Positions 46,929 through 58,800 are shown, numbered from the stretch's first letter. The stretch is 64,000 nucleotides of DNA from Eledone cirrhosa (GCA_964016885.1 OZ024751.1:38378001-38442000), one strand, 5' to 3'. Notes: a model not told the origin generated them from the sequence alone. Program-made: numbers and translations.

Positions 46929-47070
46929 ACAATTTCTATACCTTTCATTTATATATATATATATATATATAATATATATATATATATTATATATTATATA
47001 TATATTATATATATTATATATATATTATATATATATTTATACATATATATATATTATATATATATATATA

Positions 47071-47158
<88 letters not shown>

Positions 47159-47162
<4 letters not shown>

Positions 47163-47289
47163 TTAATATACATGAGATTCTACAGGACTAGAACTGTTTC
47201 ATTCTTTAGAAATCATCAGGAATGATTCCTGATTATTTCTAAAGAATGAAGCAGATCTAGTGCTGTAGAATCTCATCTATATTAAAACT
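47159..47289. repeat. fold-back palindrome (65-bp arms, 1-nt loop, 5 mismatches) containing a hammerhead in each arm
   Basis: 47159-47223 is the reverse complement of 47225-47289. Confidence 0.93.
47177..47223 (-). ncRNA. type I hammerhead ribozyme (the plus-strand partner at 47224-47272 has core mutations)
   Basis: auuc-CUGAUGA-uuuc(uaaa)gaau-GAAA-cag(uucuaguc)cug-UA-gaau. Stem II is weak. Confidence 0.7.
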
Positions 47290-47620
47290 TGTATACTCTG
47301 CTATGTATTGAGTACCTTACTTACTGTGGTTACCTCCGATTCAACCCGGAATAACGTACCTATATATATATATATAATGTCTTCAACTTTTAATTTTTGT
47401 ATTTTTGTACCTATACAGCAGCGCTGTATGATCCTATATTTGCACTGAGCTAAAATACACCTAGTAAGTAAGCAAAATTTACTATCATTAGTATTACTTT
47501 TATATATATTTATATATATGTGTGAATGAAGTAGTTCCGTCGGAAAAGTCCAGGAAAAAAGAGTGCTCTATGTAGGTAACAGAGCTTAATAGTTATGTAA
47601 TAAACAACATAAGGCAATTA

Positions 47621-47683
47621 TTTCATTTACCAGTGGTTTCTTAAAAGCAAAAAAAAATGTTTTTTTCAATCATCAGAATGAAA
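47621..47683 (-). ncRNA. type I hammerhead ribozyme
   Basis: uuucauu-CUGAUGA-uugaaa...uuuuaa-GAAA-ccacugg-UA-aaugaaa. Confidence 0.8.
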
Positions 47684-47762
47684 AAATCCTGGCTTATTTA
47701 TTAACGTTGGATTTTAAAAAAAAGTTTTTAAAATCCAACGTCAATAAATATGCCAGGATTTT

Positions 47763-47823
47763 TTTCATTCTGATGATTGAAAGCAAATTTTTTTTGCTTT
47801 TAAGAAACCACTGGTAAATGAAA
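47763..47823 (+). ncRNA. type I hammerhead ribozyme
   Basis: 7-bp stem I uuucauu/aaugaaa, CUGAUGA at 47770-47776, ~11-bp stem II uugaaagcaaa/uuugcuuuuaa, GAAA at 47804-47807, near-palindromic stem III accacuggu, GUA triplet (predicted cut after 47816). Confidence 0.85.
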
Positions 47824-47875
47824 TAATTGCCTTATGTTGTTTATTACATAACTATATTTATATATATACATACTC

Positions 47876-48072
47876 GTTTCTTATATAGGCACAAGGCCAG
47901 TAATTCTTTTGGGGGGAGGGGAAAGTCGATTAAATCGACCCCAGTGCGTGACTGGTACTTTATTTTATCGACCCCACAAGGATGAAAGGCAAAGTTAACC
48001 TCGGCGGGATTTGAGCGCAGATCATAAAGAGCCGTAACTCTATGCTGCAAAGCGTCCGACCCTCTACTGATA
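47876..48072 (-). mobile_element. tRNA-derived SINE (long variant)
   Basis: Same family as 26160 but with an extra ~35-bp segment, ggggggaggggaaagtcgattaaatcgacc. Confidence 0.87.
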
Positions 48073-48329
48073 CATACTGATAGTTGACGAGTAACACTAG
48101 TTAATATAACTGATACGTACAGATATATGAACGCGTTCATATAATCACATACATACGTATATGTATATACATATATACACACACACATATATTCATATAT
48201 AGACAGATACATGAGTGAAAAGAATTGGTGTTCGGATGCGGATAGAGCAACAGTAAGAAAATGTGTCAAGTGTAAGATTTATTGTAAAGACTTACGTATC
48301 TAGTATGTATATATATATATACGTATGTG

Positions 48330-48370
<41 letters not shown>

Positions 48371-48437
48371 TTGTGTGTCTGTATATATATATATATATAT
48401 ATACGCACACAAACATATATATATATAATAAATATAA

Positions 48438-48470
<33 letters not shown>

Positions 48471-48471
48471 A

Positions 48472-48504
<33 letters not shown>

Positions 48505-48517
48505 AATATATATATAA

Positions 48518-48550
<33 letters not shown>

Positions 48551-48575
48551 AATATATATATAAATATATATATAC

Positions 48576-48608
<33 letters not shown>

Positions 48609-48886
48609 TGTCATTGTATACGTATGTATATATTCACTGAAGTTAGCAATGATATGATATATTATCTTAATTAAGTTGGTTTCAATGATCATTATTGTTA
48701 TATTAGATGTGAGGTTTATTGCTGTATCTGACGTACGGACAGACAAACCATACACGGCTGAAAGGCTCAGTCATTATTGTAAAATTTCTAAAGGTGTGTA
48801 GACATAAATTTAAATTTCAATTCAATGTTTATTCAAATAAATCAGTTTACAAATCGCAACAAACTTACCGTGTAAGTTTATTGACG

Positions 48887-48924
<38 letters not shown>

Positions 48925-49129
48925 GTATATATATGTATAAATAAAATACATTTATATAAATGATTATATTTATATATATATATATTTATATATAATTGTA
49001 CATATATACATATATATATACATTCCTGGGTGAGTGTTTGTACATCATACGCGTATGTGTGCGTATAATTGTCCATTTATTATTTATTATATTTACATAT
49101 AAGCATATAAATAACTATAATTCTACTAC

Positions 49130-49199
<70 letters not shown>

Positions 49200-49729
49200 C
49201 TCCAAGTCTTTCTCTCGTTCTCCAAGTCTCTTTATTTTGTTCCCACTCACATTCTCTCATTCTCCATTCCATTCCTTTCTCATTCTTTCTAAATATGTGA
49301 GTTTATATGCAGATGCGTGTGTAGTCCTATATTAAAATCTATCTAGAAATGGACCGAGTGAATGGTGAATGGGCCTTCTCTGTATATAAACCTGTAGGTT
49401 GAGGAAGATAAACAGAGGGAAGAAGGGAACACCTACAAAACGTGTTCCTGGTGTTGAGGGTTGTTCTATCCACGGGGTGCAAAACAACCCCGCAGTAGCC
49501 CCCCCCCCCCTAATGGGGATTTCAATTGTTTTATTTTTATATAGTTTATTGTTATTTATCATTGTTCAAGATTTTATGTAAAACCCCGCCGTCGCGTCTT
49601 GTAATGTCCCATTTTTGTGTGCCCCTGTGGCATTATAAAAAAAGATATCAATCTCTCTCCCTCTCTCTCTCTCTCTATCTCTCACTCTGTATCTCTCACT
49701 CTCTATCTCCCCCCCTCTCTCTCTCTATG

Positions 49730-49762
<33 letters not shown>

Positions 49763-49848
49763 TGCAGTCACTATTTCGATTCGACGTGTGTCTTGTCTTT
49801 ACACCTAAGAAGCTAAGAAGCGTGGCCACGGAGGAATATGTTATGCAG

Positions 49849-49912
<64 letters not shown>

Positions 49913-50325
49913 TTGCATGTATATGTTTGTGTCTCTCGGTGTTTGAAAGAGAATGTTTGCCTTGTGTATGTGTGAATACTTGCAATTTTCAACGGTCATT
50001 AAGTACATTATGTACGTAATTTATAAGTATACCTTAAGTGGTTATATGCTCCAACATTGCAACAATAACTGAAATATTATAAATGAGAAACAAATAGAGA
50101 AAAAATAATCCCGTTAGGCATGGAAAATGAGAATTAAAGCAAGTTCAATTAGTGTGAGCTGTATTTGGATTAACACGTTTCACAATAAGCTTCTGTTATA
50201 TACATACGTATGTGGGGGAATAGCGGTTTGTGTGTGTGTGTGTAGAGGGGGCTTTTCTTATTTAAAAAAAGCACACATGGGCGTGCACACACAAACGTGT
50301 GTGTGTGTATATATATATATACATT

Positions 50326-50361
<36 letters not shown>

Positions 50362-50622
50362 ACACCTTTCTGGTCTATTTGCTCATGTTCGCTATGCATT
50401 GTTCTTATTCCCTTATTAAATATGTATGGCTAGTTTAGTACATTGTTTTATCAACATCACTGTGAGTATTAACTTTTCGATGCTGTTACGTGCTTCAGTA
50501 ATGCTAGTGTTCCTATATGAATATATATATATATACATTATAACGAAGGAAGTGTGGTAAGTAACCAGGTGGACGATAACGCCCCAGAGTACTCGATGCT
50601 TTGGGTAGTAGAGGAGATAATT

Positions 50623-50733
50623 GGAAAAGAGTCAGGACCCCGTACCAGGACCCCGGCCGTTTCGACAGCTAGTTCTCGTTCAGAACTAGCTGTCGAAACG
50701 GCCGGAGCTCAGCAGTCGGTGTCCTGACACTTT

Positions 50734-50736
<3 letters not shown>
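50623..50736. repeat. fold-back copy of the ggggtcctgact repeat end
   Basis: Perfect 24-bp inverted repeat at 50653-50676 and 50682-50705, nested within outer imperfect arms ggaaaagagtcaggacc / gtcctgacactttcc. Confidence 0.9.
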
Positions 50737-50824
<88 letters not shown>

Positions 50825-50825
<1 letters not shown>

Positions 50826-51450
50826 TCGCGCATTTAAACAGCAATCATAGTGTTTGTAGTCTGTTTATGTTCACCCAAACACTTTTTGTCCGCCTGGCAT
50901 ACATTGAGTTTGCCCGTCCTACTCACCTGCGGATCTTCTCGGTGGAAGTAGATGTAGTTAGTGATGATAGAACCGAGGTAGAAGAATTTGTAGACGACCT
51001 GCTGCTCGTAGTTGTTGATGGTGATGATCGGAGGTGTTTGAGACCTTGTCCCAGTACCTTGGTATTCTTTAGACTAATAGTCAACCTGAATTCAAATGTT
51101 TGTCCACACGGTGCTGTATTTGCTTCACAGAGTGCACTGCCAATTCCGTGATTTCGGCAAACACCATTTCTCTGATGAGTACCTGAAGAATCCTGGATTT
51201 CACTTTCAGCTATGACAGACTAAACCGCTTCTCGTCTCATCTAGTATGGAGTTAGACACCTTCATTTGACGTTCTAAATGTGTGTTTCAACATGACTGCA
51301 AAAGAGATGTCAAATGGGATGGAGGCATGGAAAGAGCCCTGATTCACATTGCTGCTTATGTTAAATTCCTCCCAAGAAGAGTCATCAAATTGAAGGACAC
51401 CTTTCATACCAGCATAACAGAATTGGACTCTTCTGAGAAGTATTATTCTC
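50825..51450 (-). mobile_element. degenerate RTE-BovB-like reverse transcriptase fragment
   Basis: My translation GMKGVLQFDDSSWEEFNISSNVNQG...FAVMLKHTF...EGV*LHTR*D..FSLS*LKVK...LIREMVFAE...LTISLKNTKVLGQ...PIITINNY...FFYLGSII covers the QG, (L)FADD and YLGS motifs, all decayed. Confidence 0.88.
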
Positions 51451-52104
51451 GTCTATCTATATTTATCTTTCATTATATAATTTGATGAGAGAGTAACGTA
51501 CGAAAAAATCTTTTCCCACTATATCAAGCATTAAACTAATATATATATTCATTGTACTTTATTTTTTCCTGTGTTGGTTATTCGTATAAAATTCGTCTAT
51601 ATATTTATATATAGAGACATTTTTTATGGATATACATACATAGACACACACACACATAGTTATATATATATATATATATATAAACATACATATATATATG
51701 TGTGTTTGTGTATGTGTGTATATATATGTGTGTGTGTGTCCTCCATGCTTTATAATCCTTCTGCATGAAACTTCATTCTTGCCAATAAAGATATTGTTAT
51801 TATTAATTATTATTATTATGATGAATGATAATAATACTGATAAAAAGAACACTAATAATAACAATGATAATTATTATTATATCAAACGTAAATCAATCTA
51901 TATGTTTAGTTAATCTGTAAAAGGATAACAATACAAACGTATCAGACAACGTAACAAAAAAATTTACAAGTAAAACAACCGAAATGAGACAACAAAAGAA
52001 CCGCAAAATTAAATTTATTTATGAAAAGCAATCAAGAAAGCAAAAATGAATACCACAAAAACATAGAAATAAAAGTAATAAATTGGAATAAAATGTATAT
52101 GAAG

Positions 52105-52210
<106 letters not shown>

Positions 52211-52363
52211 TATGTACAAACAATAAAAATAAAGCTCCGAACAAAGCTAACAACAAAAATATAAACCAATGATTGTAACAAATAAATATATTTGTGTGTG
52301 TGTATATACATATACATACATACATGCATATATATATATATATATATATGCACATATATGCGC

Positions 52364-52411
<48 letters not shown>

Positions 52412-52444
52412 ACATATATACACACATACACACATATATATATG

Positions 52445-52479
<35 letters not shown>

Positions 52480-52941
52480 GGAGTATGTGTATATTCATAT
52501 AATTGCTTTTCTATGTTTATTAGTTTTAACAGCGCGTGACCTTAGGTTGGCGTATTCGATTGGATCTCAAAGAGATATTATCTCATCAAACACAATTTAA
52601 TTTCAACTGTGTGTTTTTGCAGTTAAGATGGATGTTAATAATTCCCACTTGTGCCAAGACTAACGGCGCCTCGTTGTTACAATTAGGTCTTACTACAATG
52701 TTTTAACTAATACGCATGCTTGTTATCAATTAGGTGATTTTAAGCAATCATATAAACATTTTATTCCTGTGTTATGTGTGCTGTGTTGTGCTTCATTACT
52801 TGAACATAACCAATGACTAGCTGAAGATATAAATATATAAATTTGGATTTATTTAAGTTAATATTTATATAAATTTATTAAAGCCACCCACGTATATGCC
52901 TTCCTACATATGTATAATCACTGGCATGTATAAATACATTT

Positions 52942-53066
<125 letters not shown>

Positions 53067-53220
53067 TATGTGTGTATGTGTGCGTGCGTGCGTGAGTGTG
53101 TGTGCGTGTGCGTGTGTGTGTGCGTGTGCGTGTGTGTGTGTGTGCTTGTGTGTGTTCTTGTCTTGATGACCCGGTGATAGAGAAGGAATCACAACAATCA
53201 CTATATAGCCTTAAGAAAAT

Positions 53221-53312
<92 letters not shown>

Positions 53313-55062
53313 CACGATAAATTAACGGAGACATAGACTCTCCTTATTCCCTGTCAATAATGTGCTCAAAGGAAAAGGAATCCTGAGCTCTTTAAAATAC
53401 AATATGTTGAAAAGGTGTCACACTAGAGAGAGATAATGCGCCATCAATAAAAGACCACCAGTGTATGGAGTTTATAACATATGGAAGGCGGGGTAGACAC
53501 AGAATAATTAAAAATATAAATTAAAATGTATATACGTACCTCTATAACTATATAACACACGTTTCCAAATCCAAAGAGATCTGTTTCGCCAGGAAGTTGT
53601 TGACTGAAATGGAATAGCCCATGTTTCATCAGCGCGTGCAAGACTATACATTTCAGACAACTCTAAGAGAATATAAAGCGACCGTCCAGCTACACGCGGG
53701 AGAGCGATGTCACAGCGTGTTTAGGACAGTGAACCAATTGTATCTGAGTGACGAGCTGCTAGAAAGGGAAGCCCAAAAACCACACAAAGAAGTGTGCTCA
53801 ACCGAACAGAGAGAGAGGAAAGATTGTTATAAGGAGCGAAATATCACGATAAATTTTAATATTTTAATCCGTAAAATTGTTTAGATAAAAATGTTTCTGT
53901 TTGAAATAATTATTTAGGCAAATATAATCATAATATTCATACTAATGATAGTAATTATGATAATAGAAACAGAAGGAATAATGTTTACGTAAGTCTGGGT
54001 TTAAAAATATTTCTATTTCCTCATAAGAATTAACATCTTCATCAAAGAGAGTGTAGACATGTCATTTAAGAGATTTCATCTATATTAAAAAAGTGCATAC
54101 ATACAGGCACACATACATAAATGCATGCATACATACATATATACGTGCATACATATACACGTGCATACATGCATAAATGCATACATACATACATACATAC
54201 ACACATACATACATACATACATACATACATGCATACATAGATATTTTGAGGTGTATATGTGAAAGCGGAGGAAGGGCAACCATGGGTTTTACTTAACGCT
54301 AATTTTGATCGGATTTTAAGGAAAGACATTCCCTTTCAGTCAATTGGAATGACGTCATCGAATGAAAGACTGCTACATATAAGTAATCTGCCCTAGTTCT
54401 GTTGGTATATTTTCTGAAATTTAACATTTCAGGTAAAAAATGTTAAAATATATATATATATATTTATTAACGATATATTTATTGTTAAGTAATTGAGTAA
54501 CGCTCAGTTGGCCGCAGTTGAAATTTCTGCTTTGACTATCAAACTCGGTACGTACTAACCTCTTCATTAAATATGACGATATAACCTAGAGATATATTGA
54601 TTTTAAGAGTAATAGCTTGGGATTAAAAGGTCATTAGTTATTTAATTATCAGCCAAATGTACTGGTATGCATGTATAGATATTTCAAGAAATATCTCGAC
54701 ATTCTGCTGACCAAGAACGCGGATGAACCCGCGAGACGGGAATGCAAATAAGGGCTGCATCAACAAACTCCCTTTTGCATCAAGGGTCAATTAAGGAAAG
54801 CTGGATGTTGGAAGTGTGAAGCATGGCTTCACACTTTCGGCTGGAACGCGCAATAGAGTAACATATGTATGCATGTATATATGTATATATATATATATAT
54901 ACAGTATTTACGTATCGAGAGAGAGAAAAAAAGGGAAGATAGGTGATACATATAGTTATTTGCCAAGTAGCGTATGCCAAAGGTGCTCGATACTAGTGCC
55001 GGCAGTATTAAATATTCGGAGTGTTAATATTTAGTGGGCTAGAGAGTTAGCAGAGCGTAAGC

Positions 55063-55360
55063 ACGCGGAAAAGTAAGAAATCGGAGAATAGACCGTTAAA
55101 ACCACATCTTGTAACAGATAAAAATGTGTCTGGGAAAGACTGCTCTAACACCGGCCAGAGTTACCTCCCTTGATCTGCTGCAAAATCAAAACACGCTATT
55201 TTTGCGGGCAATGAATCTTGGCGTGAACTTAACCCCCAAAACTCTTTCGGAGCAGTGTAAGGAACACTTTTGGTTATTTATGCCCTTGAGAAACCCAACT
55301 GGGAGAAACGCACGTAGGTGCTGTTTTAACGGTCTATTCGCCGATTTCTTACTTTTTCAC

Positions 55361-55362
<2 letters not shown>
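55063..55362. mobile_element. 300-bp element with ~40-bp terminal inverted repeats and an internal variant hammerhead (probable PLE derivative)
   Basis: Left end acgcggaaaagtaagaaatcggagaatagaccgttaaaac versus reverse complement of the right end acgtgaaaaagtaagaaatcggcgaatagaccgttaaaac. Confidence 0.75.
55282..55321 (+). ncRNA. variant hammerhead (U3-A8 core)
   Basis: gccc-UUGAGAA-accca(ac)uggga-GAAA-cgcacg-UA-ggugc. The C3-G8 core pair is replaced by U3-A8. Confidence 0.55.
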
Positions 55363-55406
<44 letters not shown>

Positions 55407-55675
55407 CAGAGGAAGTGTGGTAAGGAACCAGATGGACCATAACGTCGAGGTTAAACATTTTCCTATATATATATGTGCCTGGGTGTGTGTGTGTGTATAT
55501 ACACTCACACTCACATATATGTGCAATGAGTGTGCGCATGGGTGGGCGTTTCGTATAGACGAATTCAACACAAAATAAAATTATATATATGTTTTCTTTC
55601 ATTCTTTATATATTAGCTTAAGGAGCAATATTGTCAGCTAATAATTTTATGTGCGTGTGTGTATGTATATTCATA

Positions 55676-55726
<51 letters not shown>

Positions 55727-55756
55727 CATGTGACATATTTCTCTGTGTATATGTAT

Positions 55757-55793
<37 letters not shown>

Positions 55794-56357
55794 AGAACTT
55801 ATGTTTACCGAATTCGCAGACCAGACCCCTTCTTCCTCCCGTTAGACCTGTGCGAAATTCCTTCCTTGCTCACATTTCAACCAGGTTTGATGGTCTTTAT
55901 TCTCTCGTTCACGATTCCACCGAATTTATATTCATAGAAATCCGGGACTTGTTTCTTTCTTCTTCATCACTTTCTGTTGCTTAAACCATTTTGTTTGTTT
56001 ACCCTAGCGTCCCCTTTATTTACGTGTCCCAACGACTTTTTTTAACCGTTGCTCGCACCAACCTGAGGTATATGGCCTTTAAAGCGACGAAATGCCTACG
56101 ACGATTGGAAGGCCACTGATGAAGGACAAACTTTTTCATATGTAACCCATTTGCAACGCCGCAGCTCCATTATTATCATGTTTACATATATATATTGTTA
56201 TACTTTGGGAGGGTCATGTTGCCAATAAGAAACACACGCACCAGTTGCTTTCACTTCAATTTATTATATATTTATAAATTTATAAATTTACAAATCTACA
56301 AACTTATAAATTTCTGGTTGGTTGGTTGGTTCCACAACCAGATAGTTGCTTATATAT

Positions 56358-56402
56358 AGTAATAGTCCTTTCGTCACACACTCTGTGACCTCTTCAGTGA
56401 CT
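56358..56402 (-). ncRNA. minimal hammerhead in the inverted pLTR
   Basis: Mirror of 57801-57845, with one mismatch in stem I (uuacu). Confidence 0.78.
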
Positions 56403-56620
56403 GGGGATTCCTTTCTTTGTTTCTGTGCCTTTCCTTTCTTCTGTCCTACGCCATTTTGTTTCTGTGTGTGTGTTGTGTGCTCAGTTTGCGCATGCGCCAC
56501 ATCCGGGTGTCTGTGTGTGTTTGTGTTCATTTATCTATTTGTTTATTTATTTATTTATTTATTGTTGGTTGGTTGTTTGTTCTATGTGTGTGTGTGTTTT
56601 CATTTTGTCCTTAATTCATT

Positions 56621-57592
56621 TTGTCCGTACTAGACACAGAGCTCTGGTTAGATACCATTAACAACCAAAAACAAATCCTCCATTCCCATTATGCCAAACC
56701 CATGACTTCCAAACATCTGATCCACCGAAACTCGGCCATTTCGGACCATACCAGAATCAACATACTGATTGCGGATTTGGGACGGGTGATGAGAAATGTG
56801 TCCCGCATGTGCAACCCCGAAGAACTAGAGAGACACATACAACACTTCATCCACCGTATGCAGTTCTCTGGCTACAATCAGAGAGATAAAATCAGAGTGT
56901 ATAGAGGAGCCAGAACCAAATGGGAAAAAATGGTAAATAATGACATAAATGGGACCTGCCCCTTGTAAAGGAGCAAATTTTGGAATAGAATAGAAAGAAC
57001 TAGGAACAAGGCCAATAGAATAAACTCATGGTATGATAGCAATAAATACCAGAGTGTAATGTTCATCAATACAACCCCTAGAGGCGAACTAGCCTACAAA
57101 TTTAGAAGGGCCCTAAATAAACGTAAACTCAATATTAAGATAGTAGAAAGACCAGGTACCTCCGTAAAAACACTTATTAGCAAGACATACCCGTTCCAAA
57201 GACCCTCATGTATAGATAAGAAATGTATAACCTGTAAAATAAGCCCCCATATTAACTGTAAAACTAGAAATGTAGTGTATAGCATAAGATGTGCTGAAGG
57301 ACAATGTAGAAACAAAAATATAGTGTACATAGGTGAGACAGCTCGTAGTATAGGGGAACGAATAAATGAACACTGGCGAGACCTTCAAGATAATAAAGAA
57401 TCATCTGTGCTCTACCAACATGCTAGGATAGAACACAGGGGGAAATTAGAGAACATAGAAATAAAAATAGAATCCACACACAGAAAGGATGCAATGTTTA
57501 GGCAAATTACAGAGGCAGTAAGCATAAAAGAATTACAACCATAATTAAATAGAAAATATGAGTGGAACAGCAACATCACAACTTACAATTAA
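56621..57592 (+). pseudogene. PLE ORF C-terminus (RT thumb, Cys linker, GIY-YIG endonuclease)
   Basis: Single frame with two premature TAA stops (56966-68, 57542-44): VLDTELW, HYAKPMTSK, CIDKKCITC..NCKTRNVVYSIRC, YIGETARSIGERINEH, RQITEAVSI, LNRKYEW. Confidence 0.93.
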
Positions 57593-57800
57593 GGACAAAA
57601 TGAAAACACACACACACATAGAACAAACAACCAACCAACAATAAATAAATAAATAAATAAACAAATAGATAAATGAACACAAACACACACAGACACCCGG
57701 ATGTGGCGAATGCGCAAACTGAGCACACAACACACACACAGAAACAAAATGGCGTAGGACAGAAGAAAGGAAAGGCACAGAAACAAAGAAAGGAATCCCC

Positions 57801-57845
57801 AGTCACTGAAGAGGTCACAGAGTGTGTGACGAAAGGACTATGACT
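57801..57845 (+). ncRNA. minimal type I hammerhead in the 3' pLTR
   Basis: aguca-CUGAAGA-g-gucaca(gagug)ugugac-GAAA-g(ga)c-UA-ugacu. Perfect 5-bp stem I and 6-bp stem II. Predicted cut after 57840. Confidence 0.85.
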
Positions 57846-58339
57846 ATATATAAACAACTATCTGGTTGTGGAACCAACCAACCAACCAGAAATTTATAAG
57901 TTTGTAGATTTGTAAATTTATAAATTTATAAATATATAATAAATTGAAGTGAAAGCATCTGGTGCGTGTGTTTCTTATTGGCAACATGACCCTTCCAAAG
58001 TATAACAATATCGGTTTCAACACACGATTTCAGATAAAGAATCTTGCTAAACAAATTCAGAAACGAAATACATATATATATATATACCAATACATCTCAT
58101 GTAAGATTATTTTTATAAGCATGTGTGGTGGCATAATGGGTGAATTATATGTGTGAAAACAAATGTAATGGGATCATACATAACTAAAATTAATTGAATA
58201 AAACAAATATCAGTAACATAAATACGTATTTCATAAAAACTCTGTAACACAGGCTATTTTATTTTATGTATTCATTGTGCACTCTGCTGCTGACCTTAAC
58301 AAAAACGGTTCACAGGCGATATAGAATATCGGTAACATC

Positions 58340-58520
58340 TCCTGATAATCTCTCTTGATCAATGTCTTCAATTATGGCCTTGCTTGCATCGGCCAGGCTT
58401 GTCAGTCTGTTCACTGTAAAGAGACCACATAATATATATCATAGGCAATGGAGTCCATACCTAATCACTTAGTCTTCTCTCTTGAACTAATAGTTGTGGC
58501 TTCCATTTTGAAAACATTGC
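58340..58520 (-). mobile_element. possible very degenerate RTE C-terminal relic
   Basis: Fragments ERRL, SLYSEQT..GRCKQG and TLIKRD across frameshifts. Weak. Confidence 0.3.
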
Positions 58521-58634
58521 TAGATATATAAGATAGACATCCGATATGATATATGTTATCACCGTCTTAGATAGTTACAGCTACTTTGAATCAACGTCTA
58601 CATCTCAAATAGATATATAGTTATATGGTACTAC

Positions 58635-58636
<2 letters not shown>

Positions 58637-58666
<30 letters not shown>

Positions 58667-58800
58667 CTTCTTCTTCTTCTTCTTCTTCTTCTTCTTCTTC
58701 TTCTTCTTCTTCTTCTTCTTCTTCTTCTTCTTCTTCTTCTTCTTCTTCTTCTTCTTCTTCTTCTTCTTCGTCTTCTAATAATAATAATAATAATAATAAT
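58637..58800. repeat. (TTC)n followed by (TAA)n
   Basis: Directly visible. Confidence 0.97.

Larger units (their letters stand above)
47589..47855. repeat. fold-back palindrome (~130-bp arms, 4-nt loop) with a hammerhead in each arm
   Basis: atagttatgtaataaacaac...ttttaaaaa (aaag) tttttaaaa...gttgtttattacataactat. Confidence 0.95.
56192..58011 (+). mobile_element. Penelope-like retroelement with 425-bp inverted pseudo-LTRs
   Basis: 56192-56616 is the reverse complement of 57587-58011, with about 5 substitutions counted by eye. The arms enclose a 5'-truncated ORF. Confidence 0.95.

Noticed and set aside
49457-49500. Overlapping alternative hairpins (gggttgtt/aacaaccc and cggggt/accccg)
   Set aside because: Does not fit hammerhead, HDV-like or twister topology that I can verify. 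Short stems only.
56621-57592. Possible selenocysteine recoding in the PLE ORF, as reported for some Naiad PLEs
   Set aside because: Both in-frame stops are TAA, and the linker cysteines are ordinary Cys codons in both copies.
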